The notes below the pieces were generated by a model. It was not told the origin of the DNA. It made no database searches and saw only the letters and a program-made list of their open reading frames with translations. Below are positions 9,631 through 19,732 of a stretch of DNA of 57,897 bases, piece by piece. A program made the translations under genes and the position numbers. Within the stretch, counting starts at the first letter, position 1. Each line of letters begins with the position of its first letter. The stretch is from Candidatus Faecimonas intestinavium (GTDB lineage: Bacteria; Bacillota_I; Bacilli_A; RF39; UBA660): positions 1 through 57,897 of the forward strand of contig DVKL01000013.1 in the NCBI GenBank assembly GCA_018716045.1, written 5' to 3'.

Positions 9631-9659
9631 ATTATATAGTTTTCTATTTTTTGTTTCAA
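9631..9659 (-). promoter_or_regulatory. sigma-A type promoter of gap (TTGAAA-17 nt-TATAAT)
   Basis: The minus strand reads TTGAAAcaaaaaatagaaaactaTATAAT, and the -10 lies about 20 nt upstream of the gap ATG. Confidence 0.6.
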
Positions 9660-9691
9660 TATATTCCTATCTTTTTGACACTTTTTTGTCG

Positions 9692-9721
9692 CAAAAAAAT
9701 ATCCACAGATTCTGTGGATAT
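9692..9721 (-). terminator. rho-independent terminator after the kinase-like gene
   Basis: Perfect 10-bp stem ATATCCACAG/CTGTGGATAT with a 3-nt loop, followed by T7 on the minus strand. Confidence 0.8.
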
Positions 9722-9728
9722 TTCCTTT

Positions 9729-11393
9729 TTATTCATGGAAACAACTTCCACCAATAAACTCTCTTAATATCGAATCTTGTGGAATTACGTCTGCTGGAAT
9801 TGGTAAGAATAATCTTAAGAATTCAATCAATCTTTTTGCTTCTGCATAATATGGAGAGTCTTGTGGTACTGCATATAATAATGGTTCTACATATGTTTTT
9901 AATACACCTATCTCATAAATCAATGCAGAATTGAAGGTAAAATCTGCATCATCTTGATAAGGGAAGATATATTTTTCTTCTCCTTTTCTTACACTATGCC
10001 ATGCTTTTAAAGTATGTTCTACATTATTATTTCTAGTACGATTGTCTCTTACCATTCTTCTTAACATTCTATTATCTGCTGTAGAAACTCTATTATGATT
10101 ATCGATATTTAGTTCTGTTAAGGCAGATATGTAAATTTTATATTTTTTGCTCCTTGGAATATTGGTTAAAATTTTAGAATCTAACGCATGAATTCCCTCT
10201 ATTAATAAAATATCTTCTTCTCCTAAGCTCATTTCTCCTTTATATTCTTTAGTTCCCAAAGGGAAATTATATGTTGGAACTTTAATTGTTTTTCCACTTA
10301 ATAATTCTTCTATTTGTTTGTCAAATAGTTTTAAATCAATGGCTTCTAAACATTCATAGTCAGGATTTCCATTTTCATCAATTGGATTTTCGTCTCGTTC
10401 TACAAAATAATCATCCATAGATAATACTCTTGGATGTAACCCAAAACTTTCTAAATACATTCTTAGCTTCCTAGAAGTAGTAGTTTTTCCTGAAGATGAG
10501 GGCCCAGCCATTAAAACTATCTTGATGTCTTTTCTTCTTTTATTAATTTCTTTTGCTAGATTTAATAAGCGGTTACTTTGAAGAGTTTCATCAATGCGAA
10601 TCAAATCATTTATTTTTCCTAAAGATACTAATCTGTTTAAGTCAACTGAATTTTCCACACCTATGATTTTAGCCCAGTCTCTATATTCTTGGAAAACTTC
10701 AAACATATGTGGATGATGTTTATATACTGGGATTTTATCGGGATGAAATACTGTTGGAAATTGTAATATAAAACCATCATCTTTTACGTAAGTTAAGTCA
10801 AAATCTTTTACTCTTCCAGTAGAAGTTGGCATTTGATTATAAAAGTAATTATAATAGTTTCCTAATCTATATAAAGTGACATATCCATTTGTTGTATAAG
10901 ATAGAACTCCGGCTTTGGAGTCATCATTTTTACTTTTAAAATATTTTATTGCTTCAGTTCTATCTACTGTACTTCTAATGATTGGAGTATCTGCTTCAAT
11001 TATCGTTTTCATGGTTTCTCTTATATTTTTAACTCTATTTTCTGTCAATTTAAATGTTGTCTCTATATAAATTCCTTTGTCTAAGGAATGTTGAACAATA
11101 ATATCTGCATCTTCTCCAAATAATTTTTTTACTGCGTATAATAATACATAGGTAAGTCCACTAATGTGCGTACTATTCCCTTCTTTTGAAGTTAAGTCCA
11201 AGAACTCAATTACAGAATCTTCTTCTATGGTTCTAGTAAGTTCTCTTAGTCTATTATTTACTTTGGCTATTAAAATGGGATATTTAAAGTCTTTTTGGAA
11301 TTCTGTAGATATTTCTTCTAAAGACATTCCTTTACTCATTTGATATTTCTTTCCTTTTATTTCTACTTCGATTGTTTCAATCATCTTTGTCAC
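9729..11393 (-). CDS. uridine kinase/phosphoribulokinase-family P-loop kinase with a long TGS/ThrRS-like N-terminal extension
   Basis: 554 aa. Walker A GPSSSGKTTT at about residue 300, and MDDYF. Architecture recalled from clostridial udk-like genes. Confidence 0.65.
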   Translation of the reverse strand: MTKMIETIEVEIKGKKYQMSKGMSLEEISTEFQKDFKYPILIAKVNNRLRELTRTIEEDSVIEFLDLTSKEGNSTHISGLTYVLLYAVKKLFGEDADIIVQHSLDKGIYIETTFKLTENRVKNIRETMKTIIEADTPIIRSTVDRTEAIKYFKSKNDDSKAGVLSYTTNGYVTLYRLGNYYNYFYNQMPTSTGRVKDFDLTYVKDDGFILQFPTVFHPDKIPVYKHHPHMFEVFQEYRDWAKIIGVENSVDLNRLVSLGKINDLIRIDETLQSNRLLNLAKEINKRRKDIKIVLMAGPSSSGKTTTSRKLRMYLESFGLHPRVLSMDDYFVERDENPIDENGNPDYECLEAIDLKLFDKQIEELLSGKTIKVPTYNFPLGTKEYKGEMSLGEEDILLIEGIHALDSKILTNIPRSKKYKIYISALTELNIDNHNRVSTADNRMLRRMVRDNRTRNNNVEHTLKAWHSVRKGEEKYIFPYQDDADFTFNSALIYEIGVLKTYVEPLLYAVPQDSPYYAEAKRLIEFLRLFLPIPADVIPQDSILREFIGGSCFHE

Positions 11394-11489
11394 CCTCTTT
11401 ATTTTCTCTTATTATTGTATCATACTTTGTCGTTTTACAATATGCATATTTTTATAGCTTTACACCTATACTAAAATTGGGTGATTCAC

Positions 11490-12071
11490 ATGAGTTTAGT
11501 TCCTGTTGTTGTTGATAAGGAGATTAATGGCGAACGCAGTTATGACATTTTTTCTAGATTATTGAAAGAGCGTATCGTTTTTATCAGTGGAGAAATTAAT
11601 GATTCTTTAGCAAATACTGTTGTTGCTTCTTTACTTTATTTAGATTCCATCAATCATGATGATATTTCTATTTATATTAATTCTCCTGGGGGAAGTGTTT
11701 CTGCTGGTTTTGCCATTTACGATACTATGCAATTTGTTGCTAGTGATGTTTCTACAATTTGTATAGGTATGGCTGCTAGCATGGGTGCTTTCTTACTTTC
11801 TAGTGGGACTCCAGGTAAAAGGTATTCTTTACCAAATGCTGATATTATGATTCATCAGCCATTAGGTGGTGCTGAGGGACAAGCTAGTGATATTAAAATT
11901 GCCGCTGATAGAATTATTTTACTACGGAAACGGTTAAATAAAATTTTAGCTAAAAATACCAAAAATTCTTTACGTAAAATAGAAAAAGATACTGAAAGAG
12001 ACTATTACTTAGATACAGAGGAAGCTGTTTTATATGGATTAATCGATAAAGTAATAAAAAATAGAACTTAA
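11490..12071 (+). CDS. clpP: ATP-dependent Clp protease proteolytic subunit
   Basis: [19 protein letters not shown] (catalytic Ser) and MIHQP motifs. ATG 11490 preferred over the GTG at 11481. Confidence 0.95.
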   Translation: MSLVPVVVDKEINGERSYDIFSRLLKERIVFISGEINDSLANTVVASLLYLDSINHDDISIYINSPGGSVSAGFAIYDTMQFVASDVSTICIGMAASMGAFLLSSGTPGKRYSLPNADIMIHQPLGGAEGQASDIKIAADRIILLRKRLNKILAKNTKNSLRKIEKDTERDYYLDTEEAVLYGLIDKVIKNRT

Positions 12072-12090
12072 TATTGAAGTTCTATTTTTT
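12061..12090. terminator. bidirectional terminator between convergent clpP and whiA
   Basis: 9-bp stem ATAGAACTT/AAGTTCTAT (12061-12069 / 12077-12085) flanked by an A-run and a T-run. It overlaps the clpP stop. Confidence 0.7.
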
Positions 12091-13020
12091 GTCTAAATTT
12101 TTAAATCTGGTAGCTAGTTCTTTAATTTTACGAAATCTATGGTTTAACCCCGATTTTGTTATAGGGTTTCCTGTCTCTATTGTAATAATCTCACTCAATT
12201 CTTTTAAAGAAGCTTCTGGATATTTTTTTCTATATTCCAAGGCTTCTTGGGTTTTATCATCTAATAAACTCGTACCTAAATTTTCTTCAATAATTGTAAT
12301 ATCATCTAACTGAGCAGTCGCTGTTGCAACTACTTTATCCATATTAGCCTGCTCACAATTATTCAAACGATTTGCTTGGTTTTTTTTATTGCGATAAATT
12401 CTTTGATTTTCAAAATATAAAACTGCATTATTTGCTTTGATAATTTTTAAATAGTCACTGATTTTATCTGCTTCTTTAATATATAGCATATAGCCTTTAT
12501 CTCTTGTGAGTATTTTTACATTTAAATCAAATAAATTTAATAGTTTTTGTACAAAAACTGCCTCTGTAGATTCTTCTATTAATAATTCCATATGATATCT
12601 TGATGTTTTAGGATCATTAATGCTTCCTGAGCTTAAAAACACTCCTTTTAAATAAGCTCTGATTTCTTCATTTGCACCTACTATATATTGTGGAGGTCTA
12701 TCTAGGTATACTCCTTTTTCATCTTGATAACCAATGTCTTCTAAAATAAAGTCCTTTTTTTCTTCTATCGTTAGAACAAATAAATCTTTTTTACTAAAGT
12801 TCAAACTGTCTTTTACTTCTTTTTTTATTTTTACTTCGTATAATGCTTCTAGTTGTTTTTCTATTCTTTCACAAATTAGGGGATTTTCTGTTGTTAGTTG
12901 AAACCCATTTAATGTATTGTGTCCATTATTTCTAATATATCCAGATAATTCAGCAATCATTTCGGACTTAGAACCAATATTTTTAGATATTTCTTCTTTA
13001 ATATCTGTTGTATAGGACAT
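12082..13020 (-). CDS. whiA: DNA-binding protein WhiA
   Basis: 312 aa. Degenerate LAGLIDADG region plus a C-terminal HTH, and conserved yvcK-whiA linkage. Confidence 0.85.
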   Translation of the reverse strand: MSYTTDIKEEISKNIGSKSEMIAELSGYIRNNGHNTLNGFQLTTENPLICERIEKQLEALYEVKIKKEVKDSLNFSKKDLFVLTIEEKKDFILEDIGYQDEKGVYLDRPPQYIVGANEEIRAYLKGVFLSSGSINDPKTSRYHMELLIEESTEAVFVQKLLNLFDLNVKILTRDKGYMLYIKEADKISDYLKIIKANNAVLYFENQRIYRNKKNQANRLNNCEQANMDKVVATATAQLDDITIIEENLGTSLLDDKTQEALEYRKKYPEASLKELSEIITIETGNPITKSGLNHRFRKIKELATRFKNLDKK

Positions 13021-13021
13021 T

Positions 13022-13975
13022 TTAATTCCTCATTAAATAGTTAAATACTAAAGCACTTAATTTTAAACTATTATGTCTTAAAGTATTATCTTCTATTGTG
13101 ATTAAATCTTCTTCTATCAGTTCTGTTCCAAGACTTTCAATTGCTGCATAATCGATCTTTACAGGATCTTTTTGTTCTGCTGTTGCATACTTTTCTGCTA
13201 TTTTTTTATCTATTTTCGTGTTACTTGCAACTACTACATTGATTTTTCTGAAATCTAAATATCTGTTTAATAATTTAACATGATCACTAACTGTAAAGTT
13301 GTCAGTTTCTCCTGGCTGAGTTACTGCATTACATAAATACATTAGTGGTGCTTTTGTTTCCTTTAATGCACTTTTTACTTCATTACAAATAACATTAGGT
13401 AAAATACTTGTATAAAGACTTCCCATACTAAAAATAATTAAGTCAGCTTCTGCTATGGCCTCAATTACTTCTGGCAATACTTTTGGTTCTTCTTTGTAAT
13501 ATATTTTTTGAAACTGATGATGTGCTTTTGTAATTTCTTCCTCTCCTTCAATAATATTTCCATCTCTATCAAGTCCCATTAGTGTTAACGAAGAATCTTC
13601 AGAAATTGGTAAAACTGTATGTTTAACATCAAACAATTTACATAAAGATGCGATAGATTCTTTTAATGATCCTGTAATATCTAACATTGCTGTTAGTATT
13701 AGATTACCAACTGCGTGTCCATTTAAGTCACTAGATGTATTAAAACGATATTCTACCATTTTTTTAATTGGATCATCTATTTCTGATAAAGCAGTAATTA
13801 CCTTTCTGATATCTCCAACTGCAGGGGTATTAAATTCTTTCCTTAGTTTACCAGTCGACCTACCATTATCTGATACTGTAATGACAGCTGTAATGTCTAC
13901 CGGGAAATCTTTTAACCCTTTTAAAAGATAGGAGATTCCAGTTCCTCCTCCAAAAACAACAACTTTTTTATACAT
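13022..13975 (-). CDS. yvcK: YvcK-family gluconeogenesis/cell-shape factor (CofD-like)
   Basis: VVVFGGGTG and VSDNGRSTG motifs. Start set at ATG 13975 (GAGGAGG SD). Confidence 0.85.
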   Translation of the reverse strand: MYKKVVVFGGGTGISYLLKGLKDFPVDITAVITVSDNGRSTGKLRKEFNTPAVGDIRKVITALSEIDDPIKKMVEYRFNTSSDLNGHAVGNLILTAMLDITGSLKESIASLCKLFDVKHTVLPISEDSSLTLMGLDRDGNIIEGEEEITKAHHQFQKIYYKEEPKVLPEVIEAIAEADLIIFSMGSLYTSILPNVICNEVKSALKETKAPLMYLCNAVTQPGETDNFTVSDHVKLLNRYLDFRKINVVVASNTKIDKKIAEKYATAEQKDPVKIDYAAIESLGTELIEEDLITIEDNTLRHNSLKLSALVFNYLMRN

Positions 13976-13988
13976 TTTTTCCTCCTCA

Positions 13989-14774
13989 TTATACATTATA
14001 TAACTCTTTTTGATTAGTTTTAGTACTTTTTATAAAAATTATGATTCCAGAAACTATAAAAACTAGAGATACTAATTGGGCCATTTTTAACGGTCCTAAC
14101 ATTAAAGAGTCTGTTCTCATAGCCTCTATAATAAATCTAATAATCCCATACCAAATCAGATAAAAACTTGTTAATTGTCCTATTTTTAAATATTTATATT
14201 GACGTATTATTAACATTGCTAGGAAACCAAAGAGACACCATACAGATTCATAAAAGAATGTGGGCTGTCGATACTCTCCTAAAATATACATTCCATCAAT
14301 TATAAATTGTGGTATGCCAAGTGATTTTAGATGTGCTGCTGTAGTGATTGGTCCGTATGCTTCACTATTGAAAAAGTTTCCCCATCTTCCAATTGCTTGA
14401 GCAATAATTAGTCCTACTACGATAATATCTAGTATTTTCCATAAATTCACTTCATGCTTTTTGCAATAATAAATAATAAATAGCAGTCCGGCAATAATCC
14501 CACCATGGATTGCTAATCCACCGTTCCATATTTGGAAAATTTCCACAGGGTTATCTAGATAGTAAGAAAAATTGAAAAGGACATAATAAAGCCTTGCTCC
14601 AATGATTCCTATGATAATAGTATTAAAGGTAAGATTTACTAAAAAGTCTTCCTCAATTCCTCTTTTTTTTGCTTCCTTATAAATCAAAAAGCAAGCAACT
14701 AGCATTCCGATAAAAATAAATATTGAATACCAGTATATTTGAATTGGTCCTAAATCTAGAGCTACTTTTTCCAT
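13989..14774 (-). CDS. lgt: prolipoprotein diacylglyceryl transferase
   Basis: Polytopic membrane protein with GARLYYV, GGLAIHGG and GRWGNFFN motifs. Confidence 0.9.
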   Translation of the reverse strand: MEKVALDLGPIQIYWYSIFIFIGMLVACFLIYKEAKKRGIEEDFLVNLTFNTIIIGIIGARLYYVLFNFSYYLDNPVEIFQIWNGGLAIHGGIIAGLLFIIYYCKKHEVNLWKILDIIVVGLIIAQAIGRWGNFFNSEAYGPITTAAHLKSLGIPQFIIDGMYILGEYRQPTFFYESVWCLFGFLAMLIIRQYKYLKIGQLTSFYLIWYGIIRFIIEAMRTDSLMLGPLKMAQLVSLVFIVSGIIIFIKSTKTNQKELYNV

Positions 14775-14789
14775 ATCTTACCTCGTTTT

Positions 14790-17603
14790 TTATAATATTT
14801 TCTTTAAGAATTGTCCGGTATAAGATTCTTTTACTTTGGCTACTTCTTCTGGTGTTCCTGTGGCAACGATTTGTCCACCTTCATCTCCACCTTCTGGTCC
14901 TAGGTCGATAATATAGTCAGCAACTTTTATAACATCTAAATTATGTTCAATCACCACTACCGTATCTTTATTATCCACTATTTTCTGTAAAATTGCAAGC
15001 AAGCGTTTGATATCATCAGTATGAAGTCCCGTGGTTGGTTCATCTAAAACAAATAAAGTTTTACCTGTTGCTTTTTTTTGTAATTCTTTTGCTAATTTTA
15101 CACGTTCGGCTTCTCCTCCAGATAGTGTTGGTGCACTTTGTCCTAGTTTTATGTATCCTAGTCCTACGTCTTCTAATACTTGTAATTTATTTTTTATCTT
15201 TGGTACATTTGAGAAAAACTCTAGTGCTTCTGATACTCTCATATCTAGTACTTCGGCAATATTTTTTCCTTTATATTTTATGTTTAGGGTTTCTCTATTA
15301 TACCTTGTACCATGACATACTTCACATGGTACATAAACATCTGGTAAAAAATGCATTTCGATTTTTTTAACACCGTCTCCACGACATGCTTCACAACGCC
15401 CTCCCTTTACATTGAAAGAGAATCTATTTTTTTCAAAACCATACATTTTAGCTTCTTTTGTTGTTGTGAATAAAGTACGAATGTCATCAAATACTCCAGT
15501 ATATGTAGCTGGGTTAGAACGAGGTGTTCTACCAATTGGATTTTGAGAAATCGCAACCAATTTATCAATGTTATCTAAGCCCAAGATTTTCTTATGCTTT
15601 CCTGGTTTTTCTTTAGAACTATATAATTTAGAAGAAACTGCCTTACAAAGAATTTCATTTACTAAACTACTTTTTCCACTTCCTGATACTCCAGTTACGC
15701 AAGTAAATGTTCCAAGAGGAATATCCACATCAATATTTTTTAGGTTGTGTTCTTCTGCTCCTTTTATCTTTAGGAACTTCTTATTTCCTTTTCTTCTTGT
15801 TTTTGGAACCTCGATACATTTCTTGCCACTCAAATATTGTCCTGTTAAGCTGTTTTCGTTTTTCATTACTTCTTCTGGAGTTCCAGCTGCTACTATTTTT
15901 CCACCGTGGTCTCCTGCGCCTGGACCGATATCTACTAAATAATCACAAGCAAGCATTGTATCAGTATCATGCTCTACTACGATTAAAGTATTTCCTAAAT
16001 CTCTCATCTCTAACATTGAATTAATTAGTTTTTCATTATCTCTTTGATGAAGACCGATGCTTGGTTCGTCTAATACATATAGAACACCTGTTAAGTGTGA
16101 ACCTATTTGTGTTGCTAATCTGATACGTTGTGCTTCTCCACCTGATAATGTTCCGGCACTTCTACTTAATGTTAAATATTCTAAACCTACATTTTTTAAG
16201 AAGTGTAGACGATCTTGTACTTCCTTAATAACAAGTTTAGCAATTTCTTTCTTCTCTTCTGATAATTCTAAATTATCAAAGAAAGGAATTAACTCTTTAA
16301 TACTCATTTGTGTTACTTCATAAATATTTTTTCCATTTAGCTTTACTGATAAAACATCGTCTGTTAGTCTTGCTCCATGACAAGTCTCGCAAGTATGCTC
16401 TACCATGTAGTTTTCTAGCCACTCTCTAATCCATGTAGAACTTGTTTCCATATATCTTCTTTCTAAGTTGTTAATAATACCTTCATAGAAATCTCTACTA
16501 TTATATTTATTTCCACTCTTTGAAGAATATTGAAAATGAATTACTTCATCTGAACCGTAAAGAATTACGTTTTGCTGTTTTTTAGTTAGACTCTTCCATG
16601 GTTTTGTCATATCGATTTTATAATGTTTGCAAACGCATTCTAGTTTTTGATAATCTAGTCCTTCTGGGTCGTCTGTTAATGTTTTTATACATCCTGATGC
16701 AATAGATTTGTCTTTATCGGGAATAATTAAATCTGCATCAATTTGTAACTTTATTCCTAACCCCTTACAATCCGGACAAGCTCCATACGGAGCATTAAAA
16801 CTAAATATTCTTGGTTCTAACTCTGGTAAAGAGAACTCACAGTAAGGGCAGGCAAATGATTCAGATAAAACGATTTCTTTTTTATTTTCTCCTAATACAT
16901 CTATTACTACTTTTCCTTCTGCTAATTTAGTCGCGGACTCGATTGCTTCGAACAGTCTTGATCTTATTCCTTCTTTAATAATTAGTCGATCTATTATTAC
17001 GTCTATTTTGTGTTTTTTATTCTTATCTAATGTAATATCATCAGATAAATCCATCATCTCATCATCTACACGAACTCTAATATAACCTTCTTTGCGTAGA
17101 CTTTCTAACAAATCTTTTTGAGTACCTTTTTCACCATGAACAACAGGAGCCATAATAATTATCTTAGTTCCTTCTTCGTATTCTAATACTTTATTTGTCA
17201 TTTCTTCTACACTTTGACTTGATATTGGGATATTGTGATTTGGGCAATATGGAACTCCAACTCTTGCGAAAATTAGTCTTAGGTAATCATATATTTCTGT
17301 TACTGTTCCAACCGTTGATCTAGGATTGTTATTTGTTGTTTTTTGATCAATACTAATTGCAGGTGATAAGCCTTCAATACTATCTACATCTGGCTTCTCA
17401 CTACCACCTAAGAATTGTCTAGCATAGGCTGATAAGCTTTCTACATATCTTCTTTGTCCTTCAGCATAGATTGTGTCAAATGCAAGGCTACTTTTCCCGC
17501 TTCCTGATACTCCAGTCATAACAATAAGTTTATTCTTTGGTAACTCTATATTTACATTTTTTAAATTGTTTTCTCTTGCACCTTTTACAATAATTTTATC
17601 CAT
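14790..17603 (-). CDS. uvrA: excinuclease ABC subunit A
   Basis: Two ABC modules (GVSGSGKSS twice; LSGGEAQR and LSGGEAER) plus zinc-finger cysteines. Start at ATG 17603 (AGGTGA SD). Confidence 0.95.
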   Translation of the reverse strand: MDKIIVKGARENNLKNVNIELPKNKLIVMTGVSGSGKSSLAFDTIYAEGQRRYVESLSAYARQFLGGSEKPDVDSIEGLSPAISIDQKTTNNNPRSTVGTVTEIYDYLRLIFARVGVPYCPNHNIPISSQSVEEMTNKVLEYEEGTKIIIMAPVVHGEKGTQKDLLESLRKEGYIRVRVDDEMMDLSDDITLDKNKKHKIDVIIDRLIIKEGIRSRLFEAIESATKLAEGKVVIDVLGENKKEIVLSESFACPYCEFSLPELEPRIFSFNAPYGACPDCKGLGIKLQIDADLIIPDKDKSIASGCIKTLTDDPEGLDYQKLECVCKHYKIDMTKPWKSLTKKQQNVILYGSDEVIHFQYSSKSGNKYNSRDFYEGIINNLERRYMETSSTWIREWLENYMVEHTCETCHGARLTDDVLSVKLNGKNIYEVTQMSIKELIPFFDNLELSEEKKEIAKLVIKEVQDRLHFLKNVGLEYLTLSRSAGTLSGGEAQRIRLATQIGSHLTGVLYVLDEPSIGLHQRDNEKLINSMLEMRDLGNTLIVVEHDTDTMLACDYLVDIGPGAGDHGGKIVAAGTPEEVMKNENSLTGQYLSGKKCIEVPKTRRKGNKKFLKIKGAEEHNLKNIDVDIPLGTFTCVTGVSGSGKSSLVNEILCKAVSSKLYSSKEKPGKHKKILGLDNIDKLVAISQNPIGRTPRSNPATYTGVFDDIRTLFTTTKEAKMYGFEKNRFSFNVKGGRCEACRGDGVKKIEMHFLPDVYVPCEVCHGTRYNRETLNIKYKGKNIAEVLDMRVSEALEFFSNVPKIKNKLQVLEDVGLGYIKLGQSAPTLSGGEAERVKLAKELQKKATGKTLFVLDEPTTGLHTDDIKRLLAILQKIVDNKDTVVVIEHNLDVIKVADYIIDLGPEGGDEGGQIVATGTPEEVAKVKESYTGQFLKKIL

Positions 17604-17672
17604 ATACTTCACCTGCCACATATTATACCATATTTTTTTTATTTTTTTTACTCAAGTTTTGCATTAATATTT

Positions 17673-17699
17673 TATAGCAAAAACATTTGTTCGTCAATC
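17673..17699 (-). promoter_or_regulatory. uvrA promoter candidate (TTGACG-15 nt-TGcTATAAA) with an overlapping LexA/Cheo-like box CGAAC-AAAT-GTTT (17681-17693)
   Basis: Read on the minus strand. One mismatch to GAAC-N4-GTTC. The box overlaps the -35/spacer, as is typical for SOS operators. Confidence 0.4.
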
Positions 17700-17702
17700 G
17701 AA

Positions 17703-17733
17703 CAAAAAAAACAATTATTTTTATAATAACTGT
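17703..17733 (-). terminator. terminator after the 643-aa HExxH gene
   Basis: The minus strand shows an ACAGTTAT/ATAATTGT stem (one G-U pair) followed by T8. Confidence 0.5.
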
Positions 17734-17741
17734 TTCTCTTC

Positions 17742-19673
17742 TTAGCCAACTTTTTTTACACTAGTATTCTCTTCCATTTGTCCTATATTGCTTTCGCTAT
17801 TCATTAGCATATCACTTAGTTGACTATTTATATGTGATATACTAGATTCTTGTGAGAATCCCTGATTAATTTGATTTTTATTATTTGAATTTTTTCTATT
17901 TAGATAGCTTATTGTATATTTGGCTAGATAAGTTAAAACCTTGTTATCTGATTGTTGATATCTCATCATTTGTTTATTAATTAATTCCATATTTGGTCTT
18001 TCTATATTTTCTAACATTTCTACATAATAATATCCTATAAAAAAGTTATATAAGCTATCTACGTATGATTGGTCAAAATAATCATATCTTTTCTTTGCTG
18101 CTTCTAGTATTGTTGAAAATTTCATTAGTTGCTGGGAACATTCTATAAAATATCTATTATATACTCCGTTTAGACTTTCTTTTATATTACATCGTGAGCA
18201 CGTTTCATTAAATGTATTTAAATCTGTCTTTTTTAAATCACGCATGGTTAGTGCATTATAGTGAGGAACTTGTACAAAATTTTCTATTAGATTATTTACT
18301 TGTCTAGCAGTATATTTTCCACTGTTTATAGCAGCTATTACTACTTGTTCTGGAATATTGTTTAAAATAAAATTACAAAATTCTCTTCCTGCAGGGGTTG
18401 GAGTAATTACATTGTTGAAAAGGTAGTCTATATTTATTTGTCCAGAAGTAGTCAGTATTGCTGCAAGATGAGGGTACTGTTGCAGACTCTCAGGATTTAT
18501 TTTGATTGCTTCTAATAAGCGTTTTATATCATAATCAATATATCTATACAATCTTTGAGTAGTAGGATCTATTTTTACAGAAAAAGATCTTCTGCAATTT
18601 ACGGCTTGCGCATTCTTAAAACATTTTGTCATTAATTCTTGTTTATCTTTTCCTTTATAATATTTCGATAGAAACTGTCTTGTTTTCTTCCATCCTCTTT
18701 CATCTGCATCAATTTCTATTTCGTCACTATCGTGGTTCCTTCCATAATCATTAAAAGTACTTCGTAGCATCAGATTTAATTCATAGGCTGCGCCTTCAAA
18801 GCTTTCTTCATTTTTTGTTTGTACTTCCTGTCTTTGATGGGATAATTCATGGTTCTCTACAAATAGTAAAAAGATTAAATCTTTTTCTTGATAAGTTCTT
18901 GAGCTGTTAGCAGAAGCAGAAGAATTCAATTTTATAGAATTAATGATATTATAGTCAAAACAAGTATATCCATATAGGCCCATGCTATGTGCCCAGTTGA
19001 TTGGATTTCCTCGATCTTTTCCTCCAATAAATGTTCTAGCATTTTCTGTTCCTTCTTTATAATAATGTGGTAAAAAGGAAAGAATGGCAGATACTATTGC
19101 TGGTGTTGGTTTAATAGAATCTAGATGACTAAATATATAATTTATATATGTTTCATATTTTCCACTTTTAAAGTCTTTGACATTATCTAGATAAATACTC
19201 ACTAAGGATAACTCTTCTGATGTTACTATTGCATTTTCTTCTAACTTTTTGAAAATTCTATCATATATTCTTTGGTTATATTCACGATGACTTTTTAATA
19301 CATTGTTGGGATATATTTTGTTTAATGTTTGTTCATCTAAATAATTAAAGACAATATTAATATTTGGCTCTATATATAATGCTGTTCCCATATATTTTTC
19401 TTTGTTTTGTTGCACAAGTCTTTTCAAATATTGTGCATAATTTTTAAAATCTTCTGTTTCTATAAACCTTTTATCTTGGGCAATTCTCATTGCCACGTAA
19501 TGATCTAGTGATTCTTTTAAAGCTAAATAGAAAACATCGGCATCTTCACTATATTTGGCTAGATATTCTTTTTCTAACATATTTAATAACTTAGGATTCT
19601 CTAATATCTCTCGATATCTTTTGTCACTTGGATAATTTGCTCTAAAGCTATTGATATAACTCCAATTATACAT
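17742..19673 (-). CDS. hypothetical 643-aa protein with an HExxH (HELSH) metallopeptidase-like motif
   Basis: VENHELSHQRQ is encoded at 18837-18851, with acidic EIEIDADERG about 45 residues downstream. No signal peptide or TM seen. No family recognised. Confidence 0.5.
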   Translation of the reverse strand: MYNWSYINSFRANYPSDKRYREILENPKLLNMLEKEYLAKYSEDADVFYLALKESLDHYVAMRIAQDKRFIETEDFKNYAQYLKRLVQQNKEKYMGTALYIEPNINIVFNYLDEQTLNKIYPNNVLKSHREYNQRIYDRIFKKLEENAIVTSEELSLVSIYLDNVKDFKSGKYETYINYIFSHLDSIKPTPAIVSAILSFLPHYYKEGTENARTFIGGKDRGNPINWAHSMGLYGYTCFDYNIINSIKLNSSASANSSRTYQEKDLIFLLFVENHELSHQRQEVQTKNEESFEGAAYELNLMLRSTFNDYGRNHDSDEIEIDADERGWKKTRQFLSKYYKGKDKQELMTKCFKNAQAVNCRRSFSVKIDPTTQRLYRYIDYDIKRLLEAIKINPESLQQYPHLAAILTTSGQINIDYLFNNVITPTPAGREFCNFILNNIPEQVVIAAINSGKYTARQVNNLIENFVQVPHYNALTMRDLKKTDLNTFNETCSRCNIKESLNGVYNRYFIECSQQLMKFSTILEAAKKRYDYFDQSYVDSLYNFFIGYYYVEMLENIERPNMELINKQMMRYQQSDNKVLTYLAKYTISYLNRKNSNNKNQINQGFSQESSISHINSQLSDMLMNSESNIGQMEENTSVKKVG

Positions 19674-19732
19674 GTACTATCACCCTACTTTTAGATAAGT
19701 ATATCATATTGGTTTATTGCACTGAATAGTAA

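Noticed and set aside
11394-11489. CtsR operator (GGTCAAA direct repeat) upstream of clpP
   Set aside because: No GGTCAAA-like heptad repeat is present in the spacer.
12074-12313. 79-aa plus-strand ORF directly after clpP
   Set aside because: It lies entirely inside whiA on the opposite strand and begins within the clpP/whiA bidirectional terminator. There is no SD.
15031-16323. Multiple plus-strand ORFs of 60-130 aa overlapping uvrA. Similar ones overlap gpmI, spo0A, pgk, gap, uvrB, secA, ftsX, mreB and other genes.
   Set aside because: They lie antisense to long, well-supported minus-strand genes. Their products are low-complexity and Leu/Phe/Ser-rich, they have no SD, and they are the typical frame -1/-3 shadow ORFs of AT-rich coding DNA.
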